NCBI GenBank assembly: GCA_964510495.1
Contig: CAZECR010000002.1
Span: 13,767 to 76,714, forward strand
DNA from: an uncultured Gammaproteobacteria bacterium
GTDB taxonomy: Bacteria; Patescibacteriota; Patescibacteriia; Magasanikbacterales; GWA2-37-8
Direction: 5' to 3'
DNA: 62,948 nucleotides
The translations under genes were made by a program, and so were the position numbers. Below the pieces are notes generated by a model. The model had not been told where the DNA came from. It worked only from the letters and a program-made list of their open reading frames with translations, and searched no databases. Positions 54,712 through 62,948 of this stretch are shown here, one piece after another (position 1 is the stretch's first letter; each line of letters opens with the position of its first letter).

Positions 54712-55575
54712 ATGGAAAAAGGTTCTCCAAACGATACTTTTAAAGAAGTTGAGCATTCGCTAAAAACTAAGGGAATAAGTTTCTTTGACTGTCCTTTTTC
54801 GGATGAAACGCTTTCCAAGTGGAACAAGTTGCTTGATCCTGAATTTGCTAAAATGGGTAATGGATACCGGACTGAGGTAAGCATCGCCAAGCTCTATGAG
54901 CTAGGAATATTCAATGAGTTCTTTAATCCAACAATGCGTTCCTTTATACGCAGCCTCATGCCGGACGCAAACCTTCTAACTTTTCACTGTTATGAGAATG
55001 CTGGTAACCAGAGTTTCACTATTAAAACACGTGACAATAATGTTGAATGGCATCGGGATGTAAGCGATCTGGTAGGGCTCAATAATGACGATCTGAATTA
55101 TCTATCAATTTTTTTCTATCTGACAAATGTTGGTGAAAAATCAGGCGCATTTGAAATTCGACCATTAAGTCCTAATGTGCCGCTTCAAAACTCCGATGAT
55201 TCACTTCGTGTTGTGGGAACTGTTGGGAAGTCTTTTGTATGGAATAGAACTTTTTTTCACCGCCAATCAATTAATGAGTCCCCACAACGCCGAAGGGTTC
55301 TTAAACTTTCAATCCAACACAACTATCTGGAAAACGATTCAATTTTAACAAAAGATTTTAAGGAAGTATTTAACAAGATTGATCCTCAAGAAACTTTTTT
55401 ACGTTACATGACGGGAGAACAATACGAACTTTCGCATCGTGGCAAACTATTACCAAATGTTGATTACCTACCTTTAAAAAGCAGCGAGGATATTACCACA
55501 AATTCAAAGGTAATCATTAGTTCACTAACTCATTTATTTAGAAAAATTAGAGCGAAAATTCGTAAAATGATATAA
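54712..55575 (+). CDS. Fe(II)/2-oxoglutarate dioxygenase-like protein (PhyH-like)
   Basis: 287 aa. EWHRD (HxD), a distal FFHRQS histidine and RRRVLKLS arginine, spaced as in PhyH-type facial triads. Confidence 0.5.
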   Translation: MEKGSPNDTFKEVEHSLKTKGISFFDCPFSDETLSKWNKLLDPEFAKMGNGYRTEVSIAKLYELGIFNEFFNPTMRSFIRSLMPDANLLTFHCYENAGNQSFTIKTRDNNVEWHRDVSDLVGLNNDDLNYLSIFFYLTNVGEKSGAFEIRPLSPNVPLQNSDDSLRVVGTVGKSFVWNRTFFHRQSINESPQRRRVLKLSIQHNYLENDSILTKDFKEVFNKIDPQETFLRYMTGEQYELSHRGKLLPNVDYLPLKSSEDITTNSKVIISSLTHLFRKIRAKIRKMI

Positions 55576-55577
55576 AT

Positions 55578-56618
55578 ATGCAGCGAGTATTACTTATTGG
55601 ATCAGGCAGAAGAATTCAGAATAATTTCGTACCAGCACTCTCGTGTTTAAAAGCTGATTTTAAGATTGTTGGAATACATTCAAAAACTCCTGAGCATTAC
55701 CAAGCCGTTGCGCAAAAATTTCAAATTACACCAATCGAGAGTATAGATGATCGTATTTTGGCGCAAACTGATGTGGTTGTTATATCAGTACCTCGCTATA
55801 TATGGCCCAACATCTTATTAAAACTAGAAAAGCATGCGCAGCGTTTAACCGTCATAATTGACACACCGCTCAACATTCCCTGCATCAACTTATTAAAGAA
55901 ATTCAAGAAAATTATTATTACTGAAGATTATTTTAATTTTCCTCAATTTGAACTACTACGAGAATTCTGCACAGTGGAAACTATCGGAAATATTAAAGCC
56001 GTTAACCTGCACCACAACGGCTATCGCTACCACGGAACATCACTTATTCGCTCCTTTTTTGACTTCAAGCAAGCTCTGAGTATTACTTCAAAAATTCACG
56101 GCTCGTCTGTAGACTTATTTTTACGTTTTCCAAACCATGCAACTGCAAGCATGCTTGAACCATACACTGGAGAAGGTACTATAGAAATCAGCGGTGAGAA
56201 GGCCTCAGTAAGCAATGATGTCAAAAATTCAAACGCGGAGTATATTTTAAAACCTATTTATACCGAAGCTTTTATTACGGCCTTTGAAATTAACGGAAAC
56301 GGGAAAACAGCTCGCAAAGAGCTCTCGTATCTACCAGAACTAATTAAACAAGGGGCTACAGATAATTTCCAAATTCAAAAAATGCATGGCCTCATTACAG
56401 TTTTTCAATCAATTTTGAAAGACAATATTTACAGTAAGTATAATTTTTATCAGGCTTTATACGACACACTGATCTCGGAACCGCTTCGTATTACACAAGC
56501 AACGATTTTCGATCCTGCTGGCAGATACCCCAGCATATTCTATAGCCGGGTGTACTGGTGCTACTTACAGATAGCGAGCAGCCTTATTAAACTAAAAGGC
56601 AGGTTATTTAAAAAATAA
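55578..56618 (+). CDS. Rossmann-fold oxidoreductase-like protein (distant Gfo/Idh/MocA-like), function unknown
   Basis: N-terminal RVLLIGSGRRIQNNFVPAL with a beta-alpha-beta pattern. 346 aa. Its 3' end overlaps the convergent GT4 by 11 nt. Confidence 0.35.
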   Translation: MQRVLLIGSGRRIQNNFVPALSCLKADFKIVGIHSKTPEHYQAVAQKFQITPIESIDDRILAQTDVVVISVPRYIWPNILLKLEKHAQRLTVIIDTPLNIPCINLLKKFKKIIITEDYFNFPQFELLREFCTVETIGNIKAVNLHHNGYRYHGTSLIRSFFDFKQALSITSKIHGSSVDLFLRFPNHATASMLEPYTGEGTIEISGEKASVSNDVKNSNAEYILKPIYTEAFITAFEINGNGKTARKELSYLPELIKQGATDNFQIQKMHGLITVFQSILKDNIYSKYNFYQALYDTLISEPLRITQATIFDPAGRYPSIFYSRVYWCYLQIASSLIKLKGRLFKK

Positions 56619-57732
56619 TAGAGTATATCTTCCGAGCACGTTCTTTCCAGCTACACTCTTTGGCTATCCTTGCTTTAAGCCGAGCTTCATTATTTTTTTG
56701 TATGGTATTATCCTCAAAACTTTTAAGGATAGCTCGGGACAAACTTGTGGTAGTATCGGGTTCAAAATAAAACACTTCATCTTTAGAGAGTGTCGCTTCT
56801 ATAGAAGGAAGGCGAGAAGCTACGATCGGAGTACCAGAAAGAGCATACTCAAATAATTTCATAGGTGAAGTATACTCCCTGCCGATTTTAGTTTTTCCAC
56901 TTGTTGGCAACACAACCACATCAGCTGCTTTATTCCAAAAAGGTATTTCTGAATGCGGTCGCCAACCAATGAGTCTAATATTTAGGGCCTTAAAACAATC
57001 TGCAAATTTTTTCAGATCACTCGTGGTGCCGCCTACAAAATAAAAAGTATATTGAGGAAGACTTGTTGCCACTTCAGCGATAAGATGTGCCCCTTTCCAT
57101 TCATACAAGTGTCCGGTATAGAGAACTATTTTTTCATTAGCTGGAAGATTTAATTTTTTTCGACACATCATCTTATCTTCTGTAATTAAAAACGCCTCTG
57201 GATCAACGGCGTCAGGAACAACTACAATTTTTTCCTTTGCAAAACCTAACTCTAACAATGCTCGCCTAATTCCTTCGCTAATAACTATAATACCTTCTAC
57301 ATTTTTTAAAAATGCCAAGCGACTCATGGTAAGCTTGTCTGGTAACGTGTGAGCCTCATAGTACAGGCGGGGTATTTTTTTGCCAAACCAAGAAGCGAGT
57401 AAAGCGTCGCGTGTATAATATGCCGCCGCTGGATGCAAAGCTATATATTTTTTTACTGATCGATAAAACGTAAAACTCTCCACCCAAAAACCAACCGCTT
57501 TAAAATAATTATTGGTGATCAAATCCCAGACAGGCAATCGTGTTATGGCAAACTTCTTTGCTATACCATAAAAAATAAAAGGGTCTTCTTTAATATGATT
57601 AACCCTGTCTGGAATTACCAACTCAACCTCGACCCCCTCTACAGCCAAGGCCTCACAGGTCTTCATAATCTGTAAACCATGGGCCCTTTCGGTTGGAAGA
57701 CGAATATTAGCTATATAAAGTAGGCGTTTCAT
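56608..57732 (-). CDS. family 4 glycosyltransferase (GT-B)
   Basis: MKRLLYIANIRLPTERAHGLQIMKTCEAL N-terminus. C-terminal SPMKLFEYALSGTPIVAS (E-x7-E-like). 374 aa. Confidence 0.8.
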   Translation of the reverse strand: MKRLLYIANIRLPTERAHGLQIMKTCEALAVEGVEVELVIPDRVNHIKEDPFIFYGIAKKFAITRLPVWDLITNNYFKAVGFWVESFTFYRSVKKYIALHPAAAYYTRDALLASWFGKKIPRLYYEAHTLPDKLTMSRLAFLKNVEGIIVISEGIRRALLELGFAKEKIVVVPDAVDPEAFLITEDKMMCRKKLNLPANEKIVLYTGHLYEWKGAHLIAEVATSLPQYTFYFVGGTTSDLKKFADCFKALNIRLIGWRPHSEIPFWNKAADVVVLPTSGKTKIGREYTSPMKLFEYALSGTPIVASRLPSIEATLSKDEVFYFEPDTTTSLSRAILKSFEDNTIQKNNEARLKARIAKECSWKERARKIYSIIF

Positions 57733-57735
57733 ATC

Positions 57736-58404
57736 CTAGTTTTTTACCGCTATAAAGAAATGCCCCAACGGAAATTTGGCAGCATTAATACGTGGACGAA
57801 ACTTAACCAATACTGAATCAAAACTACGTGCTATCGGGATGGCAATAAGTTTGAATATACGAGGCATGATTGGTTCAAGCTGCGACCAAGCAGCAGTAAA
57901 AGGACCTTTGCCAAAGGGGCGTACAATTACTTCTTTAAAACCAATTTTAGTAAAAATAGTAAATAATGTTTCGCTCGTATAACGCCAATAGTCGTGGGGA
58001 TCAGGATGATATGCTACCAAGAAGGGCACAGCCCCCAAAATCGTACCACCAGGCTTTAAGATGCGACTGACTTCACTAAGAACCCATTCGTAGTTATAGA
58101 CATGCTCAAGCACATTGAACATAAGCACTGTGTCACAACTTGCGTCAGCATATGGAAGCGCATCTGTTTCTAAATTTACCGCCTTTCCTCCCCCGTTAAC
58201 TTCGGACGCAACTCCAAAATTAAGACACTCTACCGTTACCACTACATCTTTTTTAAGATATCGATGATAACTCGCGAGTTTGGTACCGCTTCCGATATCA
58301 ATCGTTTTACCATGAATAGTATAATGCGAACTTTCAATATTCATGAGTAATCGGTACACATTTTTTCCATGCCAAATTTCTCGAACGTCTTTAAAAAAGT
58401 GCAT
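57736..58404 (-). CDS. class I SAM-dependent methyltransferase (paralog of 50876-51736)
   Basis: TIDIGSGTK, MFNVLEHVYNYEWVLSEVSRILKPGG. It shares the VPF...H..PHD..R.T block with the 286-aa methyltransferase. Confidence 0.8.
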   Translation of the reverse strand: MHFFKDVREIWHGKNVYRLLMNIESSHYTIHGKTIDIGSGTKLASYHRYLKKDVVVTVECLNFGVASEVNGGGKAVNLETDALPYADASCDTVLMFNVLEHVYNYEWVLSEVSRILKPGGTILGAVPFLVAYHPDPHDYWRYTSETLFTIFTKIGFKEVIVRPFGKGPFTAAWSQLEPIMPRIFKLIAIPIARSFDSVLVKFRPRINAAKFPLGHFFIAVKN

Positions 58405-58407
58405 AGA

Positions 58408-60264
58408 TTATTTTTTAAAATATTCATTAAACCATACCTGCCACATCACTATAGCCCAAATACTATTTAAATTATAGCGCTGGCCACTAAGATGGTCTCG
58501 CCACATTTTTTGAACCCCTTCACGATCAAATATATTTTCATCAAGATTTCCGGGAGTCAAAATCTCTTCAACCGTACTTCTAAGATCGGTCCGTAGCCAC
58601 TTAGCCATAGGTGTAAACCAGCCCCGTTTTTTTTGATTAAGCACGTGCGGAGGCAGATATGGCATAATCGCGTCACGCCAAATTGATTTTCCCTGGAAAT
58701 TACGTGGTGTACCCTGAAACAAATCAATCTTCCATGCGGTCGGAATTTGATAAGCTAGCTCAACAAGACGCTTGTCTAAAATAGGGACACGCTCTTCAAG
58801 GCCAAAAGCCATAGTCATAGTATCGGTACGCTGCAGCGACTCATCAACCAGCCAACTCTGTCGGTCGAGATTCATAAATTGCTTCTCAAAGTCATTTACT
58901 TGATTTTCTTTAAAATACTTTTCACTAAAATGTTTCTTAATTATTGTTTGATCCGTATATGGAGAATGAAGAAACCGACCCACCGTTTGAGAGTCTTGAG
59001 CTAAAAAGGCCAACGCTCGAACGGTATTAGGCGGTAAGTTGCTCTTATGGGCAAGCTTAGCATACCCTGCAGCGTTCAAAAGGCGCGTTATCAGTACCTG
59101 AAATGATCTAGGGAGCATCTGATACTTACTGAGCAATCGACTGTAATAATAACGCGGGTACCCCCCAAACAGCTCATCCGCCCCGTCTCCCCCCAAAACC
59201 ACTGCCACCTGCTTTTTAGCGGCTTCAGCTAGTAGAAAAATAGCTCCTGCGGTTGGATTAAAGTTAGGCTGGTCCAAATGCCAAGCAATCCGAGAAAGAT
59301 TATTTTTAATATCATTGGCCGACACAACCAATTCGTTATGTTCGGTTCCATAGTAGGCCGCAGTTTTGCGAGCCAACATAAAATCAGCATTAAATTTATG
59401 ATTTTCTTCTGGAATGTCAAAACCAACTGAGAATGTTTTTACTGAACCACTACTATATTTTTTTGCGGCTCCGACTATTGCTGTGGAATCAAGCCCTCCA
59501 CTAAGAAAAACACCAACCGGCCGATCCGAAATTAACTGACCTCGAACTGCGTCATCAAACAACGTAGCAATTTCATCAACAGCAGCCGTGCGATCCTTGA
59601 GGTCATTAAAATTAGTCACTTTCCAATACCTGGTCAGCTGCATTCTTCTTTGTTTCCACAAAGCATAGTGTGCTGCAGGCAATTTAAAAATTCCTTCAAA
59701 GAGAGTTAAAGGCTCGGGAATGTAGAGCAAATTAAAGAAAAAAGTCGTCGCTTCTTTATTAATACTTTTTGGAACACCGGCCGCAAGCAAACTTTTAATC
59801 TCAGAGGAAAAAAATAGTTTTCCTTCATGAACAGAATAATATAACGGCTTAATACCCATTTGATCACGTGCCAAAAAAAGTTCGCTCGTCGCAGTGTCCC
59901 AGATAGCTAGGGCAAAAATACCATTAAATTTATTAAGGCAGGCCGCGCCGTATTCGCGATACGCGTATAAAATTACTTCAGTATCACTCTCTGAAACAAA
60001 CGTATATTTTTTTTGTAATTCAATCTTTAATTCAGCGAAATTATAAATCTCACCATTAAACACGATCACATAACGACCATCAGCGTCACGCATAGGTTGC
60101 CGTCCGCGATCGGACAAATCAATAATCGAGAGTCGGTCGTGACCAAATGAAATACCGTCGTTACACCAAAAACCAGTCTGATCAGGACCGCGGTGTTTGA
60201 TACACGTATTCATTTTCTGAATGAGTGCATCATCTTTAAAAGTAAACCCATTTATACCACACAT
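58408..60264 (-). CDS. asnB: asparagine synthase (glutamine-hydrolysing) family amidotransferase, second copy
   Basis: MCGINGF (Ntn Cys2). PP-loop VGVFLSGGLDST. 618 aa. Confidence 0.9.
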   Translation of the reverse strand: MCGINGFTFKDDALIQKMNTCIKHRGPDQTGFWCNDGISFGHDRLSIIDLSDRGRQPMRDADGRYVIVFNGEIYNFAELKIELQKKYTFVSESDTEVILYAYREYGAACLNKFNGIFALAIWDTATSELFLARDQMGIKPLYYSVHEGKLFFSSEIKSLLAAGVPKSINKEATTFFFNLLYIPEPLTLFEGIFKLPAAHYALWKQRRMQLTRYWKVTNFNDLKDRTAAVDEIATLFDDAVRGQLISDRPVGVFLSGGLDSTAIVGAAKKYSSGSVKTFSVGFDIPEENHKFNADFMLARKTAAYYGTEHNELVVSANDIKNNLSRIAWHLDQPNFNPTAGAIFLLAEAAKKQVAVVLGGDGADELFGGYPRYYYSRLLSKYQMLPRSFQVLITRLLNAAGYAKLAHKSNLPPNTVRALAFLAQDSQTVGRFLHSPYTDQTIIKKHFSEKYFKENQVNDFEKQFMNLDRQSWLVDESLQRTDTMTMAFGLEERVPILDKRLVELAYQIPTAWKIDLFQGTPRNFQGKSIWRDAIMPYLPPHVLNQKKRGWFTPMAKWLRTDLRSTVEEILTPGNLDENIFDREGVQKMWRDHLSGQRYNLNSIWAIVMWQVWFNEYFKK

Positions 60265-60278
60265 ACTTCCAAGATAAC

Positions 60279-61604
60279 CTAAAATATTTTTAAATGCGCT
60301 ATAACTTGTTCAAATGCCAACACGCTATCAATACAACTTATTAGTCCTAAAATTAGGACGATCCAGATCAAAGTTTTTTTCATGATGCTCGGTTGCACCT
60401 TTAGCCAGTAGACGCTATATGCAAATCCAATTACTAAAAAAGGATATATTTGGAAGCGATACCGTGATTCAACCACCGTAGGCAACAGAAGGAGCGGACA
60501 ACTGAGTGCCAGCAGCACAACGACCAACCACCCTTCGCGACGTTTCGATACACTGGCAGCGAGCCCGGTATAACCACCAATAAAAGTAAGCGCAATCCAA
60601 ACACCCGAACAAGCAACAAACACAGCTTGCTTAACTCCGTGTTGGTAAAACCAAAAACCCATCGGTCTAATCAGGCTAAAATAACGAATGAAACGTAAAA
60701 AACAAAGTTTAATGAATATTAAAGGATAATGAGTAAGAAAAAACAAAAATTCTTGTTTTGCTTTTTGGGGTAAGGTGTAGAAACCATGAACAGCCGTATA
60801 GTCAATTAGTTGATTTATCCCTCCAGCGATTTGTCCCCCTGTGCTTTCGAGACGATTACCAATCCACAGATTGTACTGCCCAATCATAGTCGTAAACACC
60901 ACCTGATCATAGATCAAAAGATTTCGATACATCCAAGGAAAAAGAGCGGCGGCTAAACCGGCAATAAATAGAGCTAGGACAAGGTACTGTTTTTTAATTA
61001 AAAAATAACCACAAAAAATAATACCAAAGAGTGCTACTGGTGGACGGGTTAGAATAGTAAGACCCGTGACCAACCCTAGAACAAGAGCAGTTATTTTTTG
61101 ATGCCGAGCGCTCTGCAAAAAAACAAACAACCACCACGTTGCTATGACTAAAAATAGATAGAGTGTTTCAGTCAGAAGCATGGCAGAAATCTCAATTAGG
61201 TCCGGAGAAAGCGTAAACCATGCGGCAGCTAGCAAGCCGACAAATAGACCTTCGTCCCCTGGCAATAAGCGACGAGCGATAGCATAGAGTAGACCTGCTG
61301 AAAGTGCGTGCAAAAGTGCCTGAAGCACCCATACTATTTCGTAATGGTGGCCAAAGAGACCATAAATACCAGCCAAAAAAAACTCGTATCCCGGGCCAGC
61401 GCGGGTAATGGCAGTATCAAATTTATAACTTTCCGTACACACTTCCTTAAAACCACACCCTGCTAAAATATTTACAGCAATAGTATCGTAGGCCCTCGCA
61501 TCTACTACTGGCCTAATCTGATAAAAAAACGAATATACAAGCGGCAGCACAAACGCTACGACCAAGATGCACGCTAATATTTTATTTTTTGCCGCAAAAG
61601 ACAT
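60279..61604 (-). CDS. GT-C-fold glycosyltransferase (ArnT/PMT_2-like, polyprenol-P-sugar dependent)
   Basis: 441 aa, about 11 helices. The first-loop motif VVDARAYDTIAVNILAG resembles the DEARYA block of the ArnT/PMT_2 family. Confidence 0.65.
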   Translation of the reverse strand: MSFAAKNKILACILVVAFVLPLVYSFFYQIRPVVDARAYDTIAVNILAGCGFKEVCTESYKFDTAITRAGPGYEFFLAGIYGLFGHHYEIVWVLQALLHALSAGLLYAIARRLLPGDEGLFVGLLAAAWFTLSPDLIEISAMLLTETLYLFLVIATWWLFVFLQSARHQKITALVLGLVTGLTILTRPPVALFGIIFCGYFLIKKQYLVLALFIAGLAAALFPWMYRNLLIYDQVVFTTMIGQYNLWIGNRLESTGGQIAGGINQLIDYTAVHGFYTLPQKAKQEFLFFLTHYPLIFIKLCFLRFIRYFSLIRPMGFWFYQHGVKQAVFVACSGVWIALTFIGGYTGLAASVSKRREGWLVVVLLALSCPLLLLPTVVESRYRFQIYPFLVIGFAYSVYWLKVQPSIMKKTLIWIVLILGLISCIDSVLAFEQVIAHLKIF

Positions 61605-61607
61605 AGT

Positions 61608-62606
61608 TTATAGTTTTATTCCGAGTGCTGCACAATCAGCCTCAAGCATGAGCTTAACTAATTCCTTAAAAGTAGTTTTTGGCTGCCAATGTAATTGTTT
61701 TTTGGCCTTACGAGCGTCCCCAATTAAAAGATCGACTTCGGTAGGGCGAAAATATGTTTTATCAATACCAATGTGTGACTCCCAGTCAAGACCGGCTAAC
61801 CGGAATGCTTCAATAACAAATTCTTTTACTGAATGCGTGGATCCTGTGGCAATAACATAGTCATCTGGTGTATCTTGCTGAAGCATAAGCCACATTGCCT
61901 CGACATACTCAGGAGCATATCCCCAATCACGCTTAGCTTCAAGATTACCAAGTAAAATTGTATCGCGCAATCCTTTTTTGATTTCCGCAATTCCTTTGGT
62001 AATTTTTCGCGTTACAAAGTTTTCACCTCTACGAGGTGATTCATGATTAAATAAAATACCGTTACAAGCAAACATGCCGTAACTTTCACGATAGTTAACT
62101 GTCTGATAAAATGAAAAAGCTTTTGCGCAAGCGTAGGGACTTCTTGGGTAAAACGGGGTTGTTTCGGTCTGCGGTGTCTCTTGCACTTTACCGAACATTT
62201 CACTACTTGAAGCTTGATAAAATTTTGTTTTTATTCCACTATTTCTTATTGCCTCAAGCAGACGAAGAACGCCAACAGCATCGATGTCCGCAGTGTATAC
62301 AGGTACTTCAAAACTAATTTTGACATGACTTTGAGCAGCTAAATTATAGACCTCATCCGGCTGAATAGCGTGCAAAAGGCCTGAAATAGCCGTGCCATCA
62401 GCTAAATCCCCATAATGGAGAAACAAACGGCCCCCCTCACGCTCAGAGTTTTCATACTCAGGCAAAAGGTGTTCAATACGCGAACGAAACACGGTGCTGT
62501 TTCGTCTAACGATACCATGTACTTCATAACCTTTTTGTAATAAAAATTCAGTAAGGTATGAACCATCCTGACCGCTAATACCTGTAATGAGAGCTTTCTT
62601 TTTCAT
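61608..62606 (-). CDS. gmd: GDP-mannose 4,6-dehydratase
   Basis: [42 protein letters not shown]. 332 aa. Confidence 0.95.
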   Translation of the reverse strand: MKKKALITGISGQDGSYLTEFLLQKGYEVHGIVRRNSTVFRSRIEHLLPEYENSEREGGRLFLHYGDLADGTAISGLLHAIQPDEVYNLAAQSHVKISFEVPVYTADIDAVGVLRLLEAIRNSGIKTKFYQASSSEMFGKVQETPQTETTPFYPRSPYACAKAFSFYQTVNYRESYGMFACNGILFNHESPRRGENFVTRKITKGIAEIKKGLRDTILLGNLEAKRDWGYAPEYVEAMWLMLQQDTPDDYVIATGSTHSVKEFVIEAFRLAGLDWESHIGIDKTYFRPTEVDLLIGDARKAKKQLHWQPKTTFKELVKLMLEADCAALGIKL

Positions 62607-62625
62607 ACTGCAAACTTAAAAAATT

Positions 62626-62948
62626 TTAGGATAAACTTACAAACATTTTTTCTTCGTCCTTACCGCGGTAAGGACCTTGTTTAATATTAATAAATTGCGT
62701 ATCTTCCAAAAAAATTATTTCGTGTCCTGAATTGAGAACGATACTGTCCCCTGCCCCCATTTTAATTTCAGCAATTTTTATAATTTTCTGCTGTATTTCG
62801 TCGTTATAATATAAATAAATTAAGATACTTCCGGTGAGTACGTATAAAAACTCCTGCACCTCAAGTCTTTCAAATGCCGGAAGCGGTTTATGGAAATGCG
62901 CTGGAGCACATTCACCTTTTAAGCGATTTTGTAAACCTGCCTGAAAAG
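62626..62948 (-). CDS. cupin-fold protein, 5'-truncated by the window edge
   Basis: The reading frame stays open from 62946 down to the stop at 62626 (...CAPAHFHKPLPAFERLEVQEFLYVLTGSILIYLY...). The GTG 'start' in the ORF track is an artefact of the edge. Cupin motifs HFHK and GHEIIF. Confidence 0.55.
   Translation of the reverse strand, partial: FQAGLQNRLKGECAPAHFHKPLPAFERLEVQEFLYVLTGSILIYLYYNDEIQQKIIKIAEIKMGAGDSIVLNSGHEIIFLEDTQFINIKQGPYRGKDEEKMFVSLS

Noticed and set aside
51752-60264. The two asnB genes as housekeeping asparagine synthetases
   Set aside because: Two copies lie within 7 kb. Each is sandwiched between glycosyltransferases and a methyltransferase, which favours glycan amidation. 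Housekeeping use remains possible for one copy and needs whole-genome context.
1-62948. CRISPR arrays, transposases, integrases, prophage or defence-system genes
   Set aside because: No regularly spaced direct repeats were seen. No ORF has transposase, recombinase, nuclease or NTPase defence-type motifs. The only repeat noticed is the 62-nt patch shared by the tandem methyltransferases.
1-62948. Alternative genetic code (UGA recoding as in some candidate-phyla lineages)
   Set aside because: TGA terminates several well-delimited genes at conserved C-termini and takes part in ATGA start/stop overlaps (35569, 30293, 45736, 46827, 48017). All family-length expectations are met under the standard code.

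Overview
AT-rich bacterial window using the standard genetic code, since TGA acts as the stop in several ATGA start/stop overlaps. It is almost entirely cell-surface glycan biosynthesis. There are about 60 tightly packed CDS and one ribosomal protein gene (rpmA). I saw no rRNA, tRNA, CRISPR array, transposase or integrase. All family calls come from motif and architecture recognition by eye; no searches were run.

Layout:
(i) 1-10630, minus strand: small membrane protein, FtsW/RodA, RmlB, an NRS/ER-like epimerase-reductase, PGI/PMI, four GT2 glycosyltransferases, long-form RmlA, and an edge-truncated membrane protein. This looks like a rhamnose-glycan operon.
(ii) 10786-11058: rpmA alone on the plus strand.
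(iii) 11133-38874, minus strand: a 30-gene unidirectional train. It holds a PseB/PseC/NeuB-family nonulosonic-acid core and a WbuX-HisH-HisF acetamidino module. It also holds many amino, acyl and methyl tailoring enzymes, two cytidylyltransferases, an ABC exporter and a sugar dehydrogenase.
(iv) 39148-42323, plus strand: CysD, fused CysN-CysC (PAPS synthesis) and a cupin, followed by a convergent DUF2061-like gene.
(v) 42971-49098, plus strand: capsule-synthesis-like protein, alpha/alpha-toroid-like protein, pyruvyl transferase, GT-B glycosyltransferase and WecB.
(vi) 49100-62948: two paralogous AsnB-methyltransferase cassettes with a polyprenol-P GT2, GT-C-type membrane proteins, a GT4, Gmd and a cupin. 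A PhyH-like/oxidoreductase pair sits between the cassettes.

Best candidates for something undescribed:
- The PAPS-synthesis module is wired into the island, but no sulfotransferase or sulfate-reduction gene is recognisable.
- The AsnB-methyltransferase cassette is duplicated next to lipid-carrier glycosyltransferases.
- An uncharacterised TIGR03032/DUF4915-like plus FemAB-like pair heads the 30-gene operon.
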